Source: Rhizaria sp. SCN 62-66
Lineage: Eukaryota
Direction of reading: 5' to 3'
Length of the DNA: 20,000 bases
NCBI GenBank assembly: GCA_001724265.1
Contig: MEDY01000129.1
Span: forward strand, 48,754 to 68,753
Of this stretch, positions 1-9,130 are shown in pieces. A program made the position numbers and the translations under genes. Every line of letters begins with the position of its first letter. The stretch's first letter is position 1. The notes beneath the pieces were generated by a model. It had not been told where the DNA came from and searched no databases. It saw only the letters and a program-made list of their open reading frames with translations.

Positions 1-286
1 CTCGTGTTTTCATTCGTCAATGGCGTCAGACCAAAGGGGCATCTTGTCTGCTTCTCCAATCACCTTTAGCAATATAAAAAGGAAGCACGCTAAGCAAAAT
101 TACACGCAGTCCGATTAGCCGTGCACCAAATAATAATATTACGCATGCATTGACTCATTTACCACCTCTTTGTCTTTCCCTATACGCAGAAACCTGTCAA
201 AGCGTCCTGCAATCTTGCTGCTTGTTGCTGATCTCTGAGTCGCGACACCAGCTAGTTTCCCTTTCGCGCCGCCTTCTGCCCGCTCG

Positions 287-2969
287 ATGGACCCGCCTTC
301 CCCGCGCGGCGGCGCTTCTTCGCGCTCGTCGTCCCCCTCGGCCGCAGCAGCCCGTCAGACGCCCTCTCTATCAGGCTCCGCGCCTGTTGTCATCCCACCC
401 ACGACTCCCCTTGCCGCGCCTCCGGCCGCCGCCAGCGTCGCCAATGCCGCCGCGGCCGGTGCAGCCCCGCTGCCGTTGGGCGCCAGTCTCTTTGGCACGG
501 ATCCCGAGCCCTCAACCATGGGGCGTTCCTACATCTATGACGACAACGCCAACAATAACAACAACAACAACAGCACTGGCAACGGTGGGAGCGTGAGCAC
601 CGCGGGCGGCGTCGTTCGCGGCGGCTACCTCGGTCTCGGCAACAACAGCCACGGCGACGGCGACGGCGACGGCGGCAGCAACAGCAGCAGCGCCGCTAGC
701 TCCCGCCGCAACAGTCTCCAAACCTCCGCTCCTCTCCTTGGCAACTCTAACCCTAACCACAACAATAATACCAACAACAACAGCAACAACAACGCGTCGT
801 CACAGTCACCCCACTCCGCCACGGTCACGACCGCGACCGGCCGCCACGGCGGCGGCGGCAGAGGCTCGGGCGGCCCCGGCTCCCGCGCCGGCTCCGGCCC
901 CAGCTCGCGCCACAGCTCGCGCCGCGGTTCCGGCTCTAGCGGGTCAGGCGGCGCGAACACCCTGGCAGCGCTGAACCTGCCGCCGCCTGGAACCGCGGGG
1001 TCTGAGCTCAGCGCGGAGGAGATCGCCGCGGTCTGGGACGCTTCAGACGCCGAGGTTGCGGAGCTGGCGCAGCAACGCCGTCAAGCGCCTCTGTACACTG
1101 TCATCATGATGTGTTTGACCGTGTTGTTTGTGTTTGCTGACCAGAACGTCATGGCGCCAAACTTGACCCAGATCGCGCGCGAGTTCAAGATGTCTAACGA
1201 TGAGCGCGACACCAAGCTCGGCGGGTACATTTCGGCCGCGTTCTTCCTCATCGGCGCTCCCGTCGCGCTTATCGTCGGATACTTCACTGATAAGTTCAAT
1301 CGCCCTATCGTCTTCGCCATCGTCGTGCTGCTCGGTGAAATCCCTTGTTTTTGCTCTGGCTTTGCGTCCAACTACACAGAACTGTTTATCACGCGCGCGC
1401 TGACCGGCATCGCCATCGGCGGCGCTGTCCCGCTTGTTTACTCACTGCTCGGTGACTTGTTCAACACTGAACAGCGCTCGCTCGCCGCCGCCGCGATCGG
1501 TATCTGCATGGGCGGCGGCATCCTTCTCGGTCAAATCATCGGCGGGCTTGTCGGTCCCCCCGCGGGATGGCGCGTGCCGTTCTTCATTGTGGCAGCCCCC
1601 GCGATTGTATTTGCGGTTATTGTCCTGTTCACCGTCAAAGACCCACCGCGCGGGCAGCAGGAGGAAGCTGCTGCGCGCTCACTCGTCGCTGGACAGGTAC
1701 GATATTTTTCCTGTCAAAGAACAAATATGCAAGTAAATATGATTTAACGAAGATTTATATGTTGTTCATTCTTTTTAGTTTAAAATAATGTCACAATACC
1801 TATTGTTTTTGTTTTGTTTTGAATTATGTAGGCGTATTCTGGCCAGTTCACGTGGCGCAAGGTAGGCGACATGCTCCGCACCAAGACCAACATCCTCGTC
1901 TACCTTACTTGCGCCACAAGCACAATCCCTTGGGGCGCGATTTTTGTCTTTGCCAACGATTTCCTTGCCGAGAACCGTCGCCTGGGCCCCGCCAAGGCGA
2001 CCTGGGTCGTCGTCGTGTTCGGCGTCGGCTCCGGTATCGGCGTCGTGCTGGGTGGCTACATCGGTCAAAAGATCTACAACGCGAGTCGGCCCTCGATTGG
2101 TATCTACATGGCGCTCACCACGGCCATCGGCGTCATCCCTATGGCGCTGCTGTTTGAGATCGCAACGCCTTCGATCTACGCGCTGCTAATCTTTCTCGCT
2201 CTGTTTGCCGGCGCGCTGCTGTCTGCGGCCTCGGCAAACACCAAGGCCGTATCCCTCAACGTCAACCTGCCCGGTACGTCTCACCCATTCATCACGATAT
2301 CTCTGAGATGTACTTACATCTTCATTTAGTGACATTTCTGCCACAATTCAATCGATTAGAATCCATATTTTTTGCACACTGTCTCACTTGACACTCATTA
2401 GGGACTGAACTCTTTCTTTGTTTCACCCACTCTGGAACTGCGACTATGAACGCACATCTACAGAGGTGCGCGGCACTGCCTTCGCGATGGTGAACATCAT
2501 GGACGACCTGGGCAAGGGCCTCGGTCCGATGATCTTCGCCGCCATCGCGCGCGGCGTTGGACGCCCCTGGGTACGTACTGCTACAGTATCATCATGAAAT
2601 GACAAAATACTCCGTCCTAAGTTTTCGTGTCCTAATTGTACTGTACTTGCACATGGTGATCTCTGATTGTACTTTCCTCTCATTTTGCACTTGCTTTCAC
2701 TTAACTCACGACGAACACGACGCTTTTGACGCATTCTTGCGCTTTCACATCCACAGGCAATGAACATCTCGATGATGATGTTCGTCGTTACGGCATGCTT
2801 TATCGGCTGCATCTACTGGACGCTCGAGGCCGACGAAGACCGCGTCCAGGCGATTATCACTCAGCAGCAGGACGACTCGCTGCCGCCCGAGGCGCTCGCC
2901 AGACGGTCTTCGTTTGATGCGCCGCTGGGCTTGGCGGAGCACGCACTTGCGCCTGAGAACGCTGTTTGA
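287..2969 (+). CDS. Spinster-like MFS transporter, 723 aa; exons 287-1696, 1832-2273, 2464-2570, 2757-2969
   Basis: MFS signatures (FVFADQNVMAPNL, VGYFTDKFNR motif A, RALTGIAIGG, LLGDLFxxEQRS, GWRVPF) and many hydrophobic helices. Three GTACG...YAG introns join in frame (AGQ|AYSGQ, NVNLP-E-VRGTAFA, GRPW|AMNIS). Ends in TGA. About 265 aa of low-complexity N-terminus. Confidence 0.9.
542..793 (+). repeat. Coding (AAC)n-rich microsatellites giving poly-Asn tracts, plus a GGCGAC repeat, in the MFS N-terminus
   Basis: aacaataacaacaacaacaac at ~551-571, aac/agc runs at ~760-793, ggcgac x3 at ~653-670. Confidence 0.8.
1697..1831 (+). other. Spliceosomal intron 1 of MFS gene (135 nt)
   Basis: cag|GTACGA ... 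T-rich tract ... tgTAG|gcg; phase 0; restores frame into ORF 1871..2329. Confidence 0.88.
2274..2463 (+). other. Spliceosomal intron 2 of MFS gene (190 nt)
   Basis: g|GTACGT ... ctaCAG|ag; phase 1; yields the MFS-type PExRGTA motif. Confidence 0.88.
2571..2756 (+). other. Spliceosomal intron 3 of MFS gene (186 nt)
   Basis: tgg|GTACGT ... ccaCAG|gca; phase 0; joins to the final TM helix ORF at 2760. Confidence 0.85.
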
Positions 2970-3925
2970 GTGATGACTGTGGACAGCTTCTACGACTGTG
3001 AGCAGTGGCGGCGATGAACAGCAATTGCGAGCTGAGTTGTCAGTTGGCTGGAGCTGCTAGTTGCTGCTGAGTTTGTGATCGTACTTTTTAGAAGTGTTTT
3101 TTTTTGTGTGTAAATATGTACTAGCGTGTTATTTGCTAATCTAAGCTGTTTTTTTTTTTTTTAAATGTGTTATGTTGGTGTGTGCCTGAAGAGCGTTGGA
3201 GGTAGCAACGGTTCGTACTCAAAGCGTTCATGTTCTTGCATGTGTACGAGTATGTTCGTGCTTTCTTTGCGTTAAGATGATAATAATGGTGTCCGTTACA
3301 GGCTTTTACAAGTGATTGTGAAATTGTCTTTTGTTGTTGCTGTGTTTGTGCCTGTTTACGTTGTCGGGAGTTGAGACCTTCGGTATCGCCCACACTCCGT
3401 ACACACATACGAGGCATGCAGTCATTTGTGTCGAGAAATTACTAAAGATCCAAATGAGAGAAGTTTGAATGAGCGAAATAAGTATTTGTACTTTTTGGAT
3501 GTGAACCTACTCTCCCAGCATTATGATGAGTCGTGACATTGAGCGAAATCTCATACTATGCGACGGATTCTTCTTGATGATGCTTTGGTGTGTGGTATGA
3601 ATAAACTGTTTATTGTGTTTTTCATCTGTGTAACATGGATTTTGTGTGTGTTGATTTTTACTGTTTTGATTTTCATTTTCCCTCTCTATGATGTCCAATG
3701 TGCGCTCGTGAACAATGACAAGAACCCCCGAAGCATCTTCACAAGTGCCGCAACATTCATAACAACAGTCAGTGCTGCGACACAACGCGCTCACACAGAG
3801 CGCGCGTGTGTGTGCCTAGAGATCTGCTGGTAATATCTACACATGCTCACAGTCACTGGCTATACATTTTTTTTTTGCAGGAAAAAGGATTTGTGTTGTT
3901 TCGTTGGCACTTACATTGTAGGTAC

Positions 3926-4960
3926 TTACTCCTTGTTGACGTGAATGAACTCAGAGTCGGACAGCGCAGAGGTGGCGACGGAGGCCTCAGCGGACGCAGC
4001 CTCGGACTCCTCAGCCTCGGCAGCCTTCTCCGTCGCCTCAGCGGCGGCGGCAGGGGCCTCAGCGGCGGCCTCAGCGGGCTTCTCAGCCTCGGCAACAGCA
4101 GCAGCAGCGGCGGCGGCGGGCTGGTTCGCGGCAAGCGACTTGTGGGAGCCGTCGCAGAAGGGCTCACCCTCAGCACGGCCCTTGGCGAGGCCGCAGGCGC
4201 AGACCCAAACCTGGTCCTTGCCAGTCGACTCCTTGCTGACGGCCTTGGGGGCGACGGACGTGCCGTGCTCGGCGTTGTACGCGCGGTGGGAGCCGTCGCA
4301 GTAGGGGAAGTTCTTGGACTGGCCGCACGTGCAGATGTACTTGGTCTTGCCATCTGGAGAGACACGCGAAACAGCAACAACAAAGCGAAGGAAAGAAAAC
4401 AGGACAATAGGGAGCATGACAAAACAATTTAGTTAGGATTTAGTGAGAATACAGTATTATTTGACCAAATCATGCGCTATTAGAGTATACTAAGGACGGA
4501 TGCAAGATATAATTGCGAATTTGAGTGCAAGCGTACCGGTGAGGTCGACAGCGATGGGTTTGGAACCCTTGTTGTGGGCAATGGGGTAGGCCTCCTTGTT
4601 CTGGCAGCAGCCGGCGTCCTCGATATCGCCGCCCTTGCAACATGCGCTCTTGGCGGCGCACGCGGCCTGCTTCTCGGCTGAGCAGCCCTTGGCGGCGCAC
4701 TCAGCCTTCTGAGCAGGCGAGCAACTAGTGGCGCTGGCGCTGGAGCCGCAGCAGCCGCCGGCGGCGGCGGCCTCGGAGGTGCCGTGGGGATTGATGGGGG
4801 AAATCTTAGCGAAGGTGTTGCGGCAGAGGCAGCAGAGGAAGTTGCGCACGGTCTCGGACTTCTGGTAGAGAACGTAGGTGCCGAGGGCGACGAAGCCGGC
4901 AATGATGCCGGCCTTGACCACGCAGGGCTGCTTCGCGCACGAGGAAGTGGAGCAGGACAT
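3926..4960 (-). CDS. Tandem CDGSH iron-sulfur protein (CISD/NEET family) with N-terminal TM helix, 283 aa; exons 4960-4537 and 4353-3926
   Basis: CTCGQSKNFPYCDGSH (4333-4286) and CACGLAKGRAEGEPFCDGSH (4201-4142). Intron 4536-4354 (GTACGC...ctcCAG, phase 1) gives PIAVDLT-D-GKTKYICTC. Hydrophobic AGIIAGFVALGTYVLY near the N-terminus. Ends in TAA. Confidence 0.9.
4354..4536 (-). other. Spliceosomal intron of CDGSH gene (183 nt)
   Basis: Minus strand g|GTACGC ... pyrimidine tract ... tctcCAG|at; joins two ORFs in frame. Confidence 0.88.
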
Positions 4961-5705
4961 TCGCTAACTGCGGTGCAGAAGAGCGCAAAAGGGCGGAGTT
5001 TAAGGGTGGTAGAGCGGAGTGAACGCGCACAGAGAATAGAGGGTGAGAAGTCTGTCAACCGGGGGCGTGGGAGGAAAAGCAGCTGCTTTTTGGGTCGCGT
5101 TCAAGAAGCGCCGGCAAATACTGTCTCGGGAGAGACACAAACGACGTATAAAGCACATGTAATAAAGAGATTATGCCAAATATTAAACCGTAATGCTATT
5201 CCGACATGTTTTCACAAAGCCTATGGGCTGGGCACGCCACACGAGTCGTCACAAACTAACTGGTGAACCTAGCAAATGCGTATGTTGGTTTCGCCCCCCG
5301 CAAGTTCTCACGCAAAAAACACGCCTTCCAGACGCATCTCACGAGAAAAACAGAAGCATTTCGAGCTCAAATCATAGTATATAATAAAAACAAGACATTC
5401 TATATTGCTGTTTCGTGTTACGCTTTGCTGCATCATTTTCACAGAGATACCGCTACTAAGATGTATTCGTCAGTGGGACCCGAGGTCTGATCCACCCAAT
5501 CTACTGCCATCGTAAGCAATGCTACACTGACCAGACAGGTCAAACAACTACAACGCAGCTAATTAGAGACTTTAACACATGGATTTGGCCATTTTGCGGC
5601 CACCAATAAACAATCACCGCGCAAAGAGGCAGTCAGTGAGTCACGAGTAACAACAACAAAGGTTTAGAGTTGAGAGTGAACGATACGCCTGACAAGCATC
5701 CGCGT

Positions 5706-8489
5706 TCATTTCTCGTCGCCCTTCCCACTGGTACCGCCCTGCTGTCCCTGCTGCTGCTGCCCTTGCTGCCCACTCTGTCCCTGCCCCTGCTGCTGCTGTT
5801 GCTGCATCTGCTGCTGTTGCTGCATCTGCTGCTGTTGCTGCCTCAGCCTCTTAAAGTGCTTATTTTTGGTGTGGATATACAGCGCCTGATGCGACCCGTA
5901 TGCCTTGCCGCACCCGGGCGCCTCGCACGTGTAGATCCGCTCAATCTCGTGCGCCGCGCGCCGCACGCGCGTCCCGCCCGCGCCGGCACCCGTCGCCGCG
6001 TTGCCGGTCGACGCGGCGTAGTCGCCGCCCAGCAGCGTCGTGAACGCGCCGGCCGAGGCGAGCGCGGCCAGAGTCGGTGAGTTGCCCGTACTGCCGCCGT
6101 TGCCCGCACCAGAGCCGGAGGATACGCTACTGCCTCCGCCGCTGCTGCCCGCTGCCGCGCGGCCGCTGCCGCCACTGCCGCCTTTGCTGCTGCCGCCGCC
6201 ACCGCCCTGGCGCCCCCCAGCGGCGCCGCTGCCGCTGTCAGCGCCGTTGCCGCTGTTGCCGCCGCTCTGCGCCGCGCCCGCCGCGGCCGGCAGCGCGAGC
6301 CGCATGGAGGCCATCGTGCGCTTGTGCGCGTCGACGTCGTCCAGCGCCTCGACGCGGCCAAACTTCGAGTAGACGAACGCCGCCGTGTCCGACGCCGCCG
6401 CCCATCCCGTGGTATTCCCGGTCGGCGCGTGCGCGTGCGAATGCGAGTGCGCGAGCGCGGCCGCGTCCGACACGCCCGCGGCCGTCGCGGCCGTCGCGGC
6501 GGCGGCGGCGGCGGCGCGGGCCGCGGTGCTCGGCATCGGGGTCAGCCCGGCCGCGTAGCTGTAGTTGTACGGGTACCCCGTGGCGCCGCCAGCGGCCGCG
6601 ATGGCAGCGGCGGCCGCGGCGGCGGTGACGCTCGCACTTGGCGCCGCCGCCGCCGCTGCAGACTGACTGCCCCCGCCGCGGCCCGCGCTGCCACTGGAAG
6701 TCGACGCCGCCGCCGTGGTTGCGGTGCTGCTGCCCTTACTGCGATCGCGGTCGCCGCGGCCACGGTCACGGTCGTCCTTGCCCGCCGCCGTCGCAACTGC
6801 AGTCCCCGCGGCATTCGAGGCGCCGGCGCCACCGGTCGACTGGTTGGAGATCGCCTGCAGCGCTGTGAGCGACGAGTGCGCTAGCGCGGCGACTGCAGCG
6901 GGGATCGACGCGCGCGCCGCCGACGTCATCCACGGGTTCGAGGACGCGTACCCCATCACAGCGGCCGCAGCGTCGCGCGCGGAGGCCGCCGAGGCCGCGG
7001 CGACGACGGCGCCCGACAGGCGGTGGTGCTCCGCGTTGTGCGGGGCGCGGCCCAGCGCGGGGCCGCCGGGCCGGTAGGCAGAGAGACGGCCCGTGCCGGG
7101 ATGCACCGCGGTGAGCGCGGCGCGGTCGGCGGCGCTGAGCGAAGACGACGCGGGTGTATTCGCGGAGGCCGCCGACGACGACGCGGCGGTGGTGGACCGG
7201 GCGGACCGGGCGCGGCTGGCGCTCTCGGCGGTGCCGTCGCCGTCGTCTTCCATAGCGTCGCCGCCGTTCGCAGCAGAAGTTGCAGAGGCAGAGGCGGAGG
7301 CGTCGGGCTCGCGCGCGCGCTTCCGGTTGCGGTTCTGCTCAGCAGCGTCGCCGTTCGCAGCGCTGGCAGTTGACGCGGTCGCGTTGTTGTTGTTGCTGCT
7401 GCTATTGCTGTTGCTGCTGTTGTTGGCGTAGGACGAGTCCGGGGGCGCGATTGGGATCGCGAGCAGCGGTGACGACCGCGGCACCGACGGCGCCTCATGC
7501 AGCGACGACGCGACCGCGAGGCGGCGCCAGTACGCCTCCGCCGCGGCCGCCGCGGCGCTGGCGGAGCCCGCGGGGGCGGCTTGCATTAACCGCGCCGCGG
7601 TGCCGGCGAGGCGGGCGCGCGCGGCGCCGAGAGCGACGGCGCTGCCCGCGACGGCCGCGGCCTCGGCGCCGCCCGAAAGCGCGTCGCTGCCCTCGGCGGT
7701 GTCGGCGCTGGCGGTGGAGTTGAGCGCGCGCAGGTCGGCGTGAGCTTCGTGCAACAGAGCCCAGGCCTCTGTGGCAGAGGCGGTCACTGCAGCGGTCGCG
7801 GCCTCGGTCGCGGACAAAGACGGGTTGGCTACCGCGGCGGCAGCGGCGGCGGCGGCGGCGGAGGCGGCACGCGCGGCCCCGGCGGCGGCGTCGGCGGCCG
7901 TGGGCAGTGTGGGGGCCATGTCGGCCACGGGACGCGCTGGGAGAGGCGCCAGCGGTAAAGAGTCGACGTGAGCCTTCCAGATGCGGTAGTGGAGCGAGAA
8001 CTTCCAGATTTGGTAGTAGAAGTCAACACACTGCTGCGTGGTCTTGGTGCGGATGTGGCGCGACATGACGTGGAAGTCCTTGCCCCACTGGCAGATGCAG
8101 GCTTCGAAAAGCGCGATTTCCTTCGGGGACCAGATGTCCATGGGCGACGGCCGGCGCAGCGGGGAGCGAAGTGCGTCGATCGTGCAGTACGCGGTCTGCC
8201 CGTACTCACCAGAGACCCAAACGGAGTTGCCGTTGGCGTGGACCTCGCGCGGGCGCATGTAGAAAGCGAGGGACGCGCGCAGCCAGGCGTCGAACTTGTC
8301 GCGGCCGGGCAGCTCGGCGCTGTGCGCGGGGCACAGAGCCATCTCCTCCTCTTCCGTCATCAGCAGGTGTGACGGGGAAGAGCCGCGGCGCACGGTCTTA
8401 CGACGTTTTGTCTTGCGCTTGGGCTGCGCAGAACGGCGGTTGCGAGAGCTGTTGCTTCCGCCACCAGAGCGCGAAGGAGCGTCACTCAT
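5706..8489 (-). CDS. SANT-domain + C-terminal C2H2 zinc-finger protein (putative chromatin/transcription regulator), ~927 aa, no intron in the CDS
   Basis: WSPKEIALFEACICQWGKDFHVMSRHIRTKTTQQCVDFYYQIWK matches the MTA/RERE/MIDEAS-type SANT pattern. RRAAHEIERIYTCEAPGCGKAYGSHQALYIHTKNKH is a C2H2 finger. Basic NLS-like PKRKTKRRK, Ala/Ser/Gly-rich linker, polyQ tail. Start placed at 8489 (MSDAP) because the upstream in-frame stretch is a pyrimidine tract/acceptor. Confidence 0.82.
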   Translation of the reverse strand: MSDAPSRSGGGSNSSRNRRSAQPKRKTKRRKTVRRGSSPSHLLMTEEEEMALCPAHSAELPGRDKFDAWLRASLAFYMRPREVHANGNSVWVSGEYGQTAYCTIDALRSPLRRPSPMDIWSPKEIALFEACICQWGKDFHVMSRHIRTKTTQQCVDFYYQIWKFSLHYRIWKAHVDSLPLAPLPARPVADMAPTLPTAADAAAGAARAASAAAAAAAAAVANPSLSATEAATAAVTASATEAWALLHEAHADLRALNSTASADTAEGSDALSGGAEAAAVAGSAVALGAARARLAGTAARLMQAAPAGSASAAAAAAEAYWRRLAVASSLHEAPSVPRSSPLLAIPIAPPDSSYANNSSNSNSSSNNNNATASTASAANGDAAEQNRNRKRAREPDASASASATSAANGGDAMEDDGDGTAESASRARSARSTTAASSSAASANTPASSSLSAADRAALTAVHPGTGRLSAYRPGGPALGRAPHNAEHHRLSGAVVAAASAASARDAAAAVMGYASSNPWMTSAARASIPAAVAALAHSSLTALQAISNQSTGGAGASNAAGTAVATAAGKDDRDRGRGDRDRSKGSSTATTAAASTSSGSAGRGGGSQSAAAAAAPSASVTAAAAAAAIAAAGGATGYPYNYSYAAGLTPMPSTAARAAAAAAATAATAAGVSDAAALAHSHSHAHAPTGNTTGWAAASDTAAFVYSKFGRVEALDDVDAHKRTMASMRLALPAAAGAAQSGGNSGNGADSGSGAAGGRQGGGGGSSKGGSGGSGRAAAGSSGGGSSVSSGSGAGNGGSTGNSPTLAALASAGAFTTLLGGDYAASTGNAATGAGAGGTRVRRAAHEIERIYTCEAPGCGKAYGSHQALYIHTKNKHFKRLRQQQQQMQQQQQMQQQQQQGQGQSGQQGQQQQGQQGGTSGKGDEK
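5740..5843 (-). repeat. CAG/CAA polyglutamine repeat with ~18-bp higher-order unit (QQQQQM)
   Basis: Plus strand ctgctgctgttgctgcat repeated ~2.8 times at ~5788-5841, flanked by Q/G-rich codons. Confidence 0.85.
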
Positions 8490-8497
8490 CGCGGCTG

Positions 8498-9127
8498 CAA
8501 TCGGGCCACGGAACAAAGGAGAGCAAATGTCATGATAAAGAGGCATAGAGATAATGTGAGTCAGGTGTACGCTGGATAAGCACAATATAACCATGCATTC
8601 GTTGTCGCAGCGGTATTCTCACCCAGGGATAAGGGCGGCACTGCGAAGATCAATGAGAGCGAGGTATCACTCTGACGATTACACTGCCACTTGGAGTACG
8701 GCCTGCAGCCGACACCGACGGGCTGCGCGCACAATACAAATATAGAAGCTTCACCAATCTCGTATAAATTACGGTCCCACCAGTGACATTCAAAATGATG
8801 ACTTCTGCATGTCCCAGCAAGGTGCGCTTTGATTGCCAACTTTCGCGCCTGCTGCAGAGCGCCTCGGACTCGAACCGAAAAAAAATTGTCCGTGGACGAT
8901 TCGAGCTTGTCGTTTTCATGTCACCACCGCATCAATACTCATTTTTTCACGCTGTATCACACACGGCCGAATAGGGCTGCTATATTCCCGCCAGATTTTA
9001 TTTAATCGCATTGCGTAGAGTGCGTTTTACGTTGTTGCCGAGCTGTCCGAAACTCTCGTTTCCGCTCTCCCCCTTCTCACTCGCATCTCCCCCTTTCCTT
9101 GTCTGTCCCTCGTGCTCCTGTTCGCCG
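8498..9127. promoter_or_regulatory. Putative bidirectional promoter region between divergent SANT gene and DauA-like gene
   Basis: ~630 bp lower-GC spacer between head-to-head starts; no convincing ORF. Inferred from arrangement only. Confidence 0.5.
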
Positions 9128-9130
9128 CAG

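Noticed and set aside
2970-3925. Short ORFs and poly-T runs between the convergent MFS and CDGSH genes
   Set aside because: T/G-rich low-complexity 3'UTR-like sequence without coding bias; not intrinsic terminators in a eukaryote.
8839-8849. E2F-like TTTCGCGC motif (also near 262 and 11286)
   Set aside because: Short motif expected by chance in GC-rich DNA, and one copy lies in a 3' region.
9011-9130. 40-aa upstream extension of the DauA-like ORF (likewise 8594-8490 for the SANT gene)
   Set aside because: Polypyrimidine tract ending in CAG; the downstream ATG gives a proper presequence or start.
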